Assembly: GCA_025350145.1 (NCBI GenBank)
Contig: JANXYH010000129.1
Coordinates: 3,573-67,572, forward strand
From: Burkholderiales bacterium
GTDB taxonomy: Bacteria; Pseudomonadota; Gammaproteobacteria; Burkholderiales; Burkholderiaceae_C
Direction: 5' to 3'
Length of the DNA stretch: 64,000 nt
Below the pieces are notes generated by a model. That model had not been told where the DNA came from and made no database searches. It was given only the letters and a program-made list of their open reading frames with translations. A program made the position numbers and the translations under genes. Within the stretch, counting starts at the first letter, position 1. Each line of letters begins with the position of its first letter. Positions 38,432 to 50,131 of this stretch are shown piece after piece.

Positions 38432-39270
38432 ACGCCCAGGGCAATTCGGCCGGCAACGAGCAGCACCTGCCGCTGGACACGCGGCTGCCGGCGATGCTGC
38501 GCAGCGGCCAACGCCTGCGCGGCGTGTTCAACGGCATCCCGTCGCCGGCCCTGGTCGAGATGTGCGCCTATGCCGGCTTCGACTTCATCATCATCGACAA
38601 CGAACACGGCAGCGCCGACCTGCAGACCACCGAGCACATGCTGCGCGCAGCCCGCGCCAGCGGCGTTCCGGCGATCGTGCGGTGCCTGGAGCAGGACATC
38701 TCCCGCAACTTGGACATGGGCGCCAGCGGTCTGATGATCCCGATGGTCAACACCGCCGCCCATGCCGCGCGCCTGGTGCAACGGGTGCGCTACCCCCAAG
38801 CCGGTGGTGGCGGTGGTGGCGGTGGTGGCGGTGGTGGCGGTCAGCGCGGCAGTGCCTTCAGCACCCGCGCTGCCGGCTATGGCGCCTTTGGCGGCCCGGC
38901 CCACACCCAGCGCAGCAACGCCGGCATTGCCCTGGTGGTGATGGTCGAGACGCCAGAAGCCGTGGCCAACGCCGGCGCCATCGCCGCCGTGCCTGGCGTG
39001 GACGCGGTCTTCATCGGCCCCAACGACCTGGCCCACAGCATGGGCCATGAAAACCGCTGGACCGACGCGCCGGTGCAGCAGGCGATCGAGCAGGCGTTGC
39101 GGGCAATTGCCGCTGCTGGCAACTGCCCTGGGATCCTGGCGTTGACGCATCAGGACGAGGCCCGCTACGCCGAATCGGGCGCGCGCTACTTCGCCAATGT
39201 CACCACCGGCTTGATCAGCCAGGCCCTGCGCGATGCCGCCCAAGGCGGACCCAGCCCCATCCGCTATTGA
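38428..39270 (+). CDS. HpcH/HpaI-family aldolase with poly-Gly insertion
   Basis: 280 aa from ATG 38428 (ATGA overlap with the previous gene). Motifs FIIIDNEHG, the RYP-x-G..RG loop and VETPEAV. Confidence 0.85.
   Translation: MNAQGNSAGNEQHLPLDTRLPAMLRSGQRLRGVFNGIPSPALVEMCAYAGFDFIIIDNEHGSADLQTTEHMLRAARASGVPAIVRCLEQDISRNLDMGASGLMIPMVNTAAHAARLVQRVRYPQAGGGGGGGGGGGGGQRGSAFSTRAAGYGAFGGPAHTQRSNAGIALVVMVETPEAVANAGAIAAVPGVDAVFIGPNDLAHSMGHENRWTDAPVQQAIEQALRAIAAAGNCPGILALTHQDEARYAESGARYFANVTTGLISQALRDAAQGGPSPIRY
38803..38841 (+). repeat. (GGTGGTGGC)x4 + GGT in-frame microsatellite encoding Gly13
   Basis: Read directly from the sequence. It lies inside the aldolase loop RYPQAG[G12]QRG. Confidence 0.95.
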
Positions 39271-39294
39271 GTGGCCTGGCCCACCGCACGCCGA

Positions 39295-40593
<1,299 letters not shown>

Positions 40594-40807
40594 GGTGATG
40601 GTCCTTGTGGGGGTTGACGGAATCGGGGTGTCATGGCCCGCGGCGGGCTGCCCTGAAGGCACCGTCGCGATGGCCCAAGCGTACTTCGAATCGCCAGGGC
40701 CGCAGGACTTATGTCTTATAGAAGATTGAAAAATAAGTCTCACAAAATCAACAGTTTAAGCAATATTTACCATGATGCGAAATCAAATTTCCCGTCATGA
40801 GAAATTG

Positions 40808-40822
40808 TGCTGCATTGCAGCA
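40808..40822. promoter_or_regulatory. perfect 7-1-7 palindrome TGCTGCA-T-TGCAGCA in the AT-rich aceA upstream region
   Basis: Read directly from the sequence, about 215 nt upstream of the aceA ATG. The binding factor is unknown. Confidence 0.35.
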
Positions 40823-40907
40823 TCGTCAACTCTTACATCATGAAAACAGCGGCAACCGATGCGGAATCGGTCGATCTGGCCGATCTGGCCAACCTGGCCG
40901 ATCCGGC

Positions 40908-41609
40908 TCAGGCGCCAGACCACCACCGGGCATAGGCCCGCGCCGCCAGCGCCTGCTGCGCCGCCAGTCGCGGGCCAGCGTCGGCCCGCATCTCGGCCAG
41001 CGACTGCACCTGAGCGGGGTGACGCGCCCGAGCAGCGTGGTAGGCCGGATCGGGCGCGGCGATCCAGGCCGCCAGCTTGGCGCTGTCCAGCTCGACATGG
41101 AACTGCATTGCCAGGTGTTTGCCGAGCGCAAATGCCTGCTGCGCACAGGCCGCCGATGCGCCCAGCGCCTGCGCCCCTGGCGGCAGGCCAAAGGCCTCGA
41201 AATGCCACTGGAAGACGCCCACCCCTGCGCACTCACCAAACCATGCCGGCGCGTCGGCCGCCCAGTCCAGGCCATGCCAGCCGATCTCGGGCAGCGGCGC
41301 AGGGCCGACCGCCGCGCCCAGCGCCCGGGCCATCAACTGCCCGCCCAGACAGTGGCCGATCACCGGCTTACCGCGCGCCATCGCGTCCAGGATCAGCGCC
41401 TCCTCGTGGCGCAGCGCCGGCAAGCTGTCGTTGACGCTGACGGTGCCGCCCAGTACCGCCAGCGCGGCGTGCTGCGACATGTCCACAGGCAGGGCCTGAC
41501 CGGTCAGCGGCTGGCGCAGATCGACCGTCGCGCCCTGGGCGCGTAGCCAAGTGCCCAGGAAGGCCGGCCCGTCGTCGGGGTTGTATTGCAGGATCAGAAC
41601 GGGCAGCAT
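40908..41609 (-). CDS. class I glutamine amidotransferase-domain protein
   Basis: About 233 aa from ATG 41609 (MLPVLILQY...). It has the nucleophile elbow GHCLGGQ and QFHVE. Confidence 0.8.
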   Translation of the reverse strand: MLPVLILQYNPDDGPAFLGTWLRAQGATVDLRQPLTGQALPVDMSQHAALAVLGGTVSVNDSLPALRHEEALILDAMARGKPVIGHCLGGQLMARALGAAVGPAPLPEIGWHGLDWAADAPAWFGECAGVGVFQWHFEAFGLPPGAQALGASAACAQQAFALGKHLAMQFHVELDSAKLAAWIAAPDPAYHAARARHPAQVQSLAEMRADAGPRLAAQQALAARAYARWWSGA

Positions 41610-41712
41610 GGCCGCCGCAGTTTGCACCAAGCCCTGACCGACGGCCCGGGCCGAACACCTGCACTAGACTCGACCGCAGCTTTCGCCATCCGCACCCGCT
41701 CCGGAGCCCAAG

Positions 41713-41811
41713 ATGACCGCCGCGCTTGACGCCCTATGGGTGCCGTTCACCGCCATCCGGCAGTTCATGGCCGCACTGCCGCGCCTGGCCAACCTGGGAG
41801 TGCCACGATGA
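41713..41811 (+). pseudogene. 32-codon upstream ORF resembling the N-terminus of an omega (class III) aminotransferase
   Basis: GGAG lies 6 nt before the ATG. The translation is MTAALDALWVPFTAIRQFMAALPRLANLGVPR. Its TGA overlaps the ATG of the GS-like gene (ATGA). The W-x-PF-T/S-A-x-R-x-F ... PRL motif is recalled from beta-alanine-pyruvate transaminases. Confidence 0.4.
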
Positions 41812-43160
41812 AGGACCTGCGCGAGCGCCTGGCGTCACAGGGGGTGCACACCCTGATCGCCCAGTTCACCGACCTGTTCGGCGTGGCCAAGGGCAAGTAC
41901 CTGCCGCTGGCGCAGATCGACCAATTGCTCGCCGAGGGCGTGGGTTTCAGTGGCGCGTCAATCGAGGGCAGCGGCCTGCCGCGCTGCGGACCGCGCTCAG
42001 AGTACTGGGCACGCGGCGCCGCCAGCACCGCCCAGCCACTGCCCTGGATGCCGGGCTATGCACGCCTGGTCTGCGACGGCTTCGTGGCCGGCGAGCCCTA
42101 CGAGGCCTGTCCGCGGCAGGTGCTGCGGCGCGCCCGCGAACGCCTCGCCGCGCATGGCTGGAACCTGCGCGTGGGGCTGCAGCCCGAATTCTTCTTGCTT
42201 CGCCACGACGACCAGGGCTGGCGGCCGGCCGATCTCCAGGACCGCCAGTCGCAGCCCAGCCATGACCTGCGCGCCCTGCCCCGCCAGGCCGGTTTCCTGC
42301 ATGATTTGCAGAGCGCCCTGACCGATTGCGGCGTCAATGTGTTGCAGGTCGACCATGGCGACGCGCCCGGCCAGTTCGAGCTGAATTTCGGCTTTGACGA
42401 GGCCCTGGTCAGCGCCGACCGGCTGATGCTGTTCAAGCAGGCCGGCCACGCCCTGGCCGAGGCCCGGGGCCTGGTGTTCTCGATGATGCCCAAGCCCTAT
42501 GGCGACCTGCCCGGCAGCGCTTTGAACTTCCATGTCTCGCTGTGGCAGGGGCTGGGTGACAACGCCCGCAATGTGTTCGTGCCGCACCGCGCGGATGGCT
42601 CGGTCGACCGTCAAGCCTTTCTGTCGCCGCTGGGCCAGCAGTTTGCGGCCGGCGTACTTGACCATGCGCCGGCCCTGTGCGCCCTGGCCGCGCCGACGAT
42701 CAACTCCTACAAGCGGCTGCATGCCCCGCCGACCCAGGTCGGCCCGGGTTGGGCACCGACCCGCATCGCCCACGGCCCGAACAACCGTACCGCTGTGCTG
42801 CGCACCCTGCACGACCGCTTCGAGTGGCGCATGCCCGACTCCAGCGCCAACCCCTATCTGGCCACGGCCGCCTTGATCGCCGCCGGGCTCGACGGCATCG
42901 CGCGCAAGCTGCCCCTGCCGCCGGCCTGCGACGACGACCTGTACCTGAGCGACGGGGCCCTGGGCCAGGCCGCCGAATATGCCAAGCTGCCGCGCTTCCT
43001 GGTGCCCGCACTGGATGCGCTGGAGGCCGACAGCGCGATCAACCAGGCGCTCGGCCCGGTGCTGACAGGCGAATTCATCCGCCTCAAGCGGCTCGAAGTG
43101 GCCGAATACGTCAGCCATGTCAGCGACTGGGAATGGCAGCGCTATGCCGACCGATTCTGA
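41808..43160 (+). CDS. glutamine synthetase-family (gamma-glutamyl-amine ligase-like) protein
   Basis: 450 aa from ATG 41808 with GGGAG upstream. It has a GS catalytic-domain pattern (NFHVSLW, NSYKRL, R.PDSSANPYL). Confidence 0.88.
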   Translation: MKDLRERLASQGVHTLIAQFTDLFGVAKGKYLPLAQIDQLLAEGVGFSGASIEGSGLPRCGPRSEYWARGAASTAQPLPWMPGYARLVCDGFVAGEPYEACPRQVLRRARERLAAHGWNLRVGLQPEFFLLRHDDQGWRPADLQDRQSQPSHDLRALPRQAGFLHDLQSALTDCGVNVLQVDHGDAPGQFELNFGFDEALVSADRLMLFKQAGHALAEARGLVFSMMPKPYGDLPGSALNFHVSLWQGLGDNARNVFVPHRADGSVDRQAFLSPLGQQFAAGVLDHAPALCALAAPTINSYKRLHAPPTQVGPGWAPTRIAHGPNNRTAVLRTLHDRFEWRMPDSSANPYLATAALIAAGLDGIARKLPLPPACDDDLYLSDGALGQAAEYAKLPRFLVPALDALEADSAINQALGPVLTGEFIRLKRLEVAEYVSHVSDWEWQRYADRF

Positions 43161-43187
43161 GTGCCGCCGCCCGCGCCCGCGCCGGGC

Positions 43188-44111
43188 ATGAGGCCGGGAC
43201 CGCGCCGGGTTCCCTGGCTCGCTTACACCCAACTCGCCGCCAGCATGGCCTTGGTCGGCAGCTATGTCGGCCTGTCGCGCCCACTGGTGGCGGTGTTTCC
43301 GATCTTCCTGCTCGCCTGGATGCGCTTCGGCATCGGTGCGCTGGCCATGCTGCACTGGGTTCGGCGCGCGCCGGCCGAGCTGCCCCTGTCTGGCCCCGAC
43401 CGGCGGCTGCTGTTCTGGGGCAGCCTGCTCGGCAACGTCGGTTTCTCGGTCTGCATGCTCTGGGGCGTGGCCCTGAGCTCGGCCGTCTCGGCGGGGGTGG
43501 TGATGGCGACCATACCTGCCGCCGTGGCCTTGCTGTCGTGGTGCTTTTTGGGCGAATCGCTGCGGCCACGGCTGGCCTGGGGCATCGCCCTGGCGGTGGC
43601 TGGGATCGCCGCCCTGGCCCTGGCGCGCCCTGGCCAGGACAGCGCCGACGCGCCGGCCTTCAGCCTCCTGGGCCACGCCCTGTTGCTGGGCGCGGTGCTC
43701 TGCGAGGCCAGCTATGTGGTCATCGGCAAACGCCTGACGGCGCAGGTCTCGCCGCGCCGCATCAGCGCCCTGATCAACCTCTGGGGCCTGGTGCTGGTCA
43801 CGCCCCTGGGCCTGTGGCAGGCGGGGCAGTTCGATTTCAACGCGCCCTCGCCTTCGATCTGGGCCTTGCTGGTGTTCTACGCGCTCGCCGCCAGCGTGGC
43901 CACGGTCTGGCTGTGGATGCGCGGGCTGGCGCAGGTGCCCGCGCCAGAGGCCGGGGTGTTCACGGTGATGCTGCCGCTGGCGGCGGCGGCCGTCGGGGTC
44001 GGGGTGCTGGGCGAGCCGGCCGGCCTGGGCCACGCGCTGGCGCTGCTGCTGGCGATGGCCGGACTGCTGCTGGCGACCTGGCCTGATCGGTGTGCCGATC
44101 GTGCTGCCTGA
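43188..44111 (+). CDS. DMT-superfamily (EamA) transporter
   Basis: About 307 aa (GTG 43161 is also possible). It has 10 predicted hydrophobic segments in two EamA-like halves. Confidence 0.82.
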   Translation: MRPGPRRVPWLAYTQLAASMALVGSYVGLSRPLVAVFPIFLLAWMRFGIGALAMLHWVRRAPAELPLSGPDRRLLFWGSLLGNVGFSVCMLWGVALSSAVSAGVVMATIPAAVALLSWCFLGESLRPRLAWGIALAVAGIAALALARPGQDSADAPAFSLLGHALLLGAVLCEASYVVIGKRLTAQVSPRRISALINLWGLVLVTPLGLWQAGQFDFNAPSPSIWALLVFYALAASVATVWLWMRGLAQVPAPEAGVFTVMLPLAAAAVGVGVLGEPAGLGHALALLLAMAGLLLATWPDRCADRAA

Positions 44112-44135
44112 ACGCCTCTTCGGCGCCGGCGCAGT

Positions 44136-45149
<1,014 letters not shown>

Positions 45150-45177
45150 TGATCTTCTCGATGTCGGCCCGGCGAAT

Positions 45178-45258
45178 GTGCGACGACTCGGACGCGTTCT
45201 TGGCCCACTGCACGGCGGTTTGCCCATGGTAATCAATGGCTTGCGCGCGATGATCCGG
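45178..45258. repeat. direct repeat copy A (81 bp, 71/81 identical to copy B)
   Basis: Hand alignment without gaps to 46314..46394. Weaker homology with indels extends to about 45160..45280. It lies 29 nt upstream of the dusA start. Confidence 0.85.
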
Positions 45259-45598
45259 CGACGCTGCAGGAGGCCGTGGAGCCTCTTTGCGCGGTGCTGG
45301 TCGACGCCAACTGTGAGGCGATGCACTTGAGGGGAGGCCCAGGCCTTCTTGACTTGACGCCTAGGCCGACGTGCGACTCTGGCATGGCCCCCTCACCGCT
45401 GTGCTGGCTGTCGAGCCCGCCACTGCTGAGCTTGCTTCGAACGGCGGACGCCAGCCAGCGCGAGCTTTCAGCTTCCTCCAACCGATCGAGTGGCGTGGGT
45501 TCGAACAGCGGATCCTGGGCGATGCCGCCCGGATCAACTGCGGCTGATGGGCCAGCGGGACACACGCCGCCTGAGACCGTTGCGCCGCAGTCCCAGCC

Positions 45599-45955
45599 TC
45601 AATCCTCGTGGCAGATGCGAGCGATCATGCGGGCGAGTGCCACGGCCAGAGGTGGCAGATCCTGGTCGATGACGAGCCAGACTGCCGCGAGATCGATCCC
45701 GAGGTAGCCATGCACGATCACGTTGCGAAAGCCGGCCAGCTCACGCCAGGGTACCTGCGGCTCGCAAGCCCTTATGTCGTCGGACAGACGTTGGCTTGAT
45801 TCGGTGAGCGTCTGCAGGTTGCGCATCACCGCGTCTTGAACCAGACGCGATGCCTCAAAGCGCGAGCGATCACCTGCGACGTACTCGCCGATCCGATCAA
45901 TGCACTCGCTCATGTGTGCGAGCAAAACACGGTCGGTTTCAGGCCCAGGAATCAA
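45599..45955 (-). CDS. hepT: HepT-like (DUF86) toxin of a type VII toxin-antitoxin pair
   Basis: 118 aa with the Rx4HxY motif (FRNVIVHGY). Its ATG overlaps the MNT stop by 4 nt. Confidence 0.85.
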   Translation of the reverse strand: MIPGPETDRVLLAHMSECIDRIGEYVAGDRSRFEASRLVQDAVMRNLQTLTESSQRLSDDIRACEPQVPWRELAGFRNVIVHGYLGIDLAAVWLVIDQDLPPLAVALARMIARICHED

Positions 45956-46236
45956 AGCGCAACCGCATCGGCAAGCACTCGGTCGCGCAGCGCCGGATGC
46001 AGGCTCGCTTCAGTGACGACGTCCACGCGGCGGCCTAACAGTTCCTGAGCATCCAGCAACAAGCCACCGAGTGCCAAAGCGCTGGTGCCGGGCGCCAGCG
46101 TCACCAGCAAATCGACATCGCTGTCCTCGCGCACTCCGCCGCGAACCATCGAACCGAACACGCGCACGCTCGTTACCCCGCGGCGGCGGGCAAGCAACAG
46201 AAGCTGTTCGCGGTGGGATTCGATCAGCGCGTGCAC
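45952..46236 (-). CDS. mntA: MNT-type nucleotidyltransferase antitoxin
   Basis: About 94 aa from GTG 46236 (VHALIESHREQLLLLARRRGVTSVRVFGSMVRG...DSDVDLLV). It has the GS-x10-D-x-D minimal nucleotidyltransferase motif. Confidence 0.8.
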   Translation of the reverse strand: MHALIESHREQLLLLARRRGVTSVRVFGSMVRGGVREDSDVDLLVTLAPGTSALALGGLLLDAQELLGRRVDVVTEASLHPALRDRVLADAVAL

Positions 46237-46313
46237 GCATCCAGTGTAGTGGCGAGCGCCGTCGCGCCAAGAGGCCGTGGGCCCGGCGATTCTCGCCAAT
46301 AGCCCAGACGACG

Positions 46314-46394
46314 GTGCGACGAATCGGAGACGTTGTTGGCCCACTGCGCTGCGGTTTGCCCATGGTTATCAATGGGTTGCGCGCGATGAACTGG
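46314..46394. repeat. direct repeat copy B
   Basis: See copy A. It lies 78 nt upstream of the MNT start and about 100 nt upstream of tcuA on the other strand. Confidence 0.85.
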
Positions 46395-46491
46395 ATGCGC
46401 GTCGACCTGCAGGCGTGCCGGCTCGGGGCGGAAGAATTACAGCCTCAAGGTCGCCCTTTGCCAGCGACCTGGAGGCGCTGGGGCAGCGCGG

Positions 46492-47973
46492 GTGCAACCT
46501 AGACTCGCTGACCACGCCGCTGGGGCGGCGCAAGCGGGGGGAACGTTCTTGGTCGATGTGCTGGTGATCGGCGGTGGCAACGCCGCCTTGTGCGCCGCCT
46601 TGATGGCGCGCGAGGCGGGCGCCTCGGTCCTGCTGCTGGAGCGCTCGCCGCGCGAGTGGCGCGGCGGCAATTCGCAGCACACGCGCAACCTGCGCTGCAT
46701 GCACGACGCGCCTCAGGACGTGCTGGTCGAGGCCTATTCCGAGGAGGAGTTCTGGCAGGACCTGCTGAAGGTCACCGGCGGAAAGACGAACGAGGAGCTG
46801 GCGCGCATGGCCATTCGCGCATCGTCCACCTGCCGGCCCTGGATGGTGCGCCACGGCGTGCGCTTCCAGCCTTCGCTGTCCGGCGCGCTGCACACGGCGC
46901 GCACCAACGCCTTCTTCATGGGCGGCGGCAAGGCGCTGGTCAATGCTTATTACCGCAGTGCCGAGGCCCTCGGCGTGCAGGTACGCTACGACAGCCCGGT
47001 GCAGCACATCGAGCTGCGCGAGGGCGAATTCGTCGCCGCCTGGACCGGCAGTGCCGGCAGCCAGGAGCGCATCGAAGCCCGCACTTGCGTGCTCGCCGCA
47101 GGCGGCTTCGAGTCGAACCGCGAGTGGCTGCGCGAAGCCTGGGGCGTTGACGAACACGGCGACCACCCGGCCGACAACTTCCTGATCCGCGGAACGCGCT
47201 ACAACACCGGCGAGTTGCTGCGCTTCATGCTCGATGCCGGTGCCGACGCTGTAGGCGATGCCACGCAGGCGCACATGGTGGCGATCGACGCCAGGGCGCC
47301 GCTCTACGACGGCGGCATCTGCACGCGCATCGATTGCGTGTCGCTGGGCGTGGTAGTGAACCGGCAAGCGCGGCGCTTCTACGACGAGGGCGAGGACTTC
47401 TGGCCCAAGCGCTATGCCATCTGGGGTCGGCTGGTGGCCAAGCAGCCGGGCCAGATCGCCTACTCGATCATCGATGCCAAGGCGGTCGGACGCTTCATGC
47501 CGCCGGTGTTTCCCGGCGTGCGAGCCGACACCTTGCCGGAGCTGGCCCGCGCGCTGAAGCTCGACGAATCGACCTTCATGCAAACCGTGGTGGCCTACAA
47601 CGCCGCCTGCCGACCCGGCCAGTTCGACCACACCCGCCTCGACGACTGCCGCACCGAGGGCCTGACCCCGGCCAAGACGCACTGGGCCCGCCCCTTGGAC
47701 ACGCCGCCCTTCTACGGCTACCCCGTGCGCCCCGGCATCACCTTCACCTACCTCGGCCTGAAGGTCGACAAGGCGTCGCGGGTGCACTTCGGCGGCCGGC
47801 CCAGCCGCAACCTGTTCGTGGCCGGCGAAATGATGGCCGGCAATGTGCTCGGCCAGGGCTACACCGCGGGCGTCGGCATGTCGATCGGCACCGCCTTCGG
47901 GCGCATCGCCGGCACGCAGGCTGCGGCCGCCGCCGGCTTCACCCAGCAGGAGGCCGCCCTTGCGCACGCTTGA
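46492..47973 (+). CDS. tcuA: FAD-dependent tricarballylate dehydrogenase TcuA
   Basis: The track ORF starts at GTG 46492. A TTG at 46549 preceded by GGGGGGA is a plausible true start ([18 protein letters not shown]). The protein is flavoprotein-fold throughout. Confidence 0.86.
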   Translation: MQPRLADHAAGAAQAGGTFLVDVLVIGGGNAALCAALMAREAGASVLLLERSPREWRGGNSQHTRNLRCMHDAPQDVLVEAYSEEEFWQDLLKVTGGKTNEELARMAIRASSTCRPWMVRHGVRFQPSLSGALHTARTNAFFMGGGKALVNAYYRSAEALGVQVRYDSPVQHIELREGEFVAAWTGSAGSQERIEARTCVLAAGGFESNREWLREAWGVDEHGDHPADNFLIRGTRYNTGELLRFMLDAGADAVGDATQAHMVAIDARAPLYDGGICTRIDCVSLGVVVNRQARRFYDEGEDFWPKRYAIWGRLVAKQPGQIAYSIIDAKAVGRFMPPVFPGVRADTLPELARALKLDESTFMQTVVAYNAACRPGQFDHTRLDDCRTEGLTPAKTHWARPLDTPPFYGYPVRPGITFTYLGLKVDKASRVHFGGRPSRNLFVAGEMMAGNVLGQGYTAGVGMSIGTAFGRIAGTQAAAAAGFTQQEAALAHA

Positions 47974-48013
47974 AGCCCTGACCCGCGAGGCCACCGCGCT
48001 CGGCGCCAACGAA

Positions 48014-49147
48014 ATGGTCGCCCGAGGGCCAGGAGAGGCCCGCGACGGCGCGCCAGAACACGAGGTCGCGCGCATCCTGCAGATCTGCAACGCCTGCCGC
48101 TACTGCGAAGGCTTTTGCGCGGTGTTCCCGGCGATGACGCGTCGGCTCGAATTTCCGCAGGCCGACGTCCACTACCTGGCCAACCTCTGCCACCAGTGCG
48201 GCGCCTGCCTGCACGCCTGCCAGTACGCACCGCCGCACGACTTCGCGGTCAACGTACCGCGGGCGATGGCCCGCGTGCGCGCCGACACCTACGCCACCTA
48301 CGCCTGGCCACCGGCGCTGGGCGGCCTCTACCGACGCAACGGCCTGGTCCTGGCGCTGGCACTGGCCTTGGCGCTGGCGCTGTTCCTTGCGCTGGCGGCC
48401 GCGTCGAACGGCCAACTTCTCGCGCCGCCGAATGCGGCTTCGGCCTTTTACGCCGTGTTCCCGCACAAGCTGCTGGTGTCGATCTTCCTGCCCGTGTTCG
48501 GCTTCGCGGTACTCGCGCTGGGCCTGGGGGTGCGCCGCTTCTGGCAAGCGGTCGGCGAAGGGCCGCCCACCGTCCCGGCGGTGGCCGAAGCGGCGCGCAA
48601 CGCACTGACGCTGAAATACCTCGACGGCGGCCACGGCGACGGCTGCAATGAGGACAGCGACCGCTTCACCTTGCAGCGGCGTCGCCTCCACCACCTCACC
48701 TTCTACGGCTTCATGTTCTGCTTCGCGTCGACGGGTGTCGCTACGCTCTACCACTACCTGCTCGGCCTGCCGGCGCCGTACGGCTTCAGCAGCCTGCCCA
48801 AGTTGCTGGGCGTGCCGGGTGGCGTGGCGCTGATGCTCGGCAGCGCCGGGCTGCTGGCCTTGCAGTGGCGACGCCACCCCTTGCAGCGCGCCCCGGAGCA
48901 GCGTCCCATGGATGTCGGCTTCATCGCCCTGCTGTGCCTGGTTGCGGCCAGCGGGCTGGCGCTGGCGCTGTCGCACGGCACGGCGGCCTTGACGCTGCTG
49001 CTGTGCCTGCATTTGGGCGCGGTGATGGCCTTCTTCCTGACGATGCCCTACAGCAAGTTCGCCCACGGCGTCTACCGCTCGGCGGCGCTGCTGAAGTGGT
49101 CGATCGAGCGCAGGCAGCCGAGCAAGCTCAAACTCGGCGATGACTGA
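48014..49147 (+). CDS. tcuB: tricarballylate utilization 4Fe-4S/membrane protein TcuB
   Basis: 377 aa from ATG 48014 (an earlier TTG overlapping the tcuA end is possible). It has the cysteine motifs [15 protein letters not shown] and [11 protein letters not shown] followed by TM helices. Confidence 0.85.
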   Translation: MVARGPGEARDGAPEHEVARILQICNACRYCEGFCAVFPAMTRRLEFPQADVHYLANLCHQCGACLHACQYAPPHDFAVNVPRAMARVRADTYATYAWPPALGGLYRRNGLVLALALALALALFLALAAASNGQLLAPPNAASAFYAVFPHKLLVSIFLPVFGFAVLALGLGVRRFWQAVGEGPPTVPAVAEAARNALTLKYLDGGHGDGCNEDSDRFTLQRRRLHHLTFYGFMFCFASTGVATLYHYLLGLPAPYGFSSLPKLLGVPGGVALMLGSAGLLALQWRRHPLQRAPEQRPMDVGFIALLCLVAASGLALALSHGTAALTLLLCLHLGAVMAFFLTMPYSKFAHGVYRSAALLKWSIERRQPSKLKLGDD

Positions 49148-49280
49148 GGTGACCACGCGCCAAGCGCCTTCGCCGCGCGCCCCCGGGCAGCGCGGCGTGG
49201 CGCAAGGTGGACTTGGACTTGAAGTTGAAGTCGCTTTGTCAACGAAGCGGTGTCGTACCACGAGTTCGTGCAGGCGCAGC

Positions 49281-50131
49281 TCAAAGACGCCGTCCACAAC
49301 GTACCGGCCTGGCTGGTCTGTCAAGTCCCGCCTGGTTGTAGACGAGTGCCACCGCGCGTGCCGTAATTTGGCTGCGATGCATGTCCTGCGTCGTAAAGCC
49401 GCCCCAGCGCCCCCACGTGCCAATATGACCTGCGTCACCTACCCCCGAGAGATCAGTGAGCAAAGAGGTAGGTATGTCGAACAGCCAACGATCTGAGGTC
49501 CAGATGCACGCAGTGAAGGCTTTGTCCGAGCCTGGCGCATCGCAAGGAGCCCGCAGGGCGACTGAAGATGCGCCAGGATCGGCGCCATCGTCTCTGCCGC
49601 CTGGCGGCAGCTGCGAGGTGGTGCCGCGCGCTCGGCGCCGCACGTTCCGCACGGCCGGTTCAGCGAGTCGCGAACGCTGGTCATCAGCGATTGGCGCATC
49701 CAGTGTTCGCTCGGAGCCAATTCCATGGCCTTCAATGCGCGGCGCACCGAGTCTTCGCTGACCACGCTGTGCATTCCCAATGCCTGCGCCGCTACCGCGT
49801 CGCCGCGAATGCCGGCAATGTGTGCGTAGCGCTTGCTGCCCGACAGAATGCCCAGCATTAACCTGCCCAGCACGTCGCGCTTGCTGCTCGCATTGGGGCT
49901 GCTGTACTGCAACGGGCATTCCTCGACCCAGCGATCGAATACACCGGCAGTGGCCAGGAACTCGGCGAAGAACAAGAGCTGACCGTGCGGTGTCGCACGC
50001 GCCGTCTCGTCCCAGCGCAGGTGCATGCGACCGCCCATCGTCTGCACCACCAGCGCCTCTTCGCCGGCCAGCGCCAGCGCCGTCTTCGACGGCTGTTTGC
50101 CTTCACCCATCCGGTGAGTGCGCCCGGTCAA
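49281..50131 (-). mobile_element. decayed DDE transposase (N- and C-terminal fragments in different frames, catalytic core deleted)
   Basis: ORF 49439..50131 carries a transposase-like N-terminus (GQLLFFAEFLATAGVFDRW..., KRYAHIAGIRGD, VVSEDSVRRALK). A second frame (49281..) carries WLFDIPT... joined directly to GRWGGFTTQDMHRSQITARAVALVYN. The IS family is not resolved and no terminal inverted repeats were identified. Confidence 0.6.

Noticed and set aside
38803-38841. Dismissing the poly-Gly tract as a pure sequencing artefact
   Set aside because: This cannot be decided from the sequence alone. The repeat is in frame and a clean multiple of 9 nt, so it is reported as a finding with that caveat rather than ignored.
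41997-44033. 678-aa minus-strand ORF
   Set aside because: It is antisense to the GS-like and DMT genes, carries no motifs and is Arg/Gly/Pro-rich.
45178-46394. Integron attC sites flanking a TA gene cassette
   Set aside because: I saw no GTTRRRY/RYYYAAC core pair within the repeats and no intI nearby. The repeats are direct leader-like segments rather than imperfect palindromes.
46369-49438. 573-aa (46369..48090) and 499-aa (47939..49438) minus-strand ORFs
   Set aside because: They are antisense to tcuA and tcuB. Only the last part of the second touches the transposase relic, which is handled separately.
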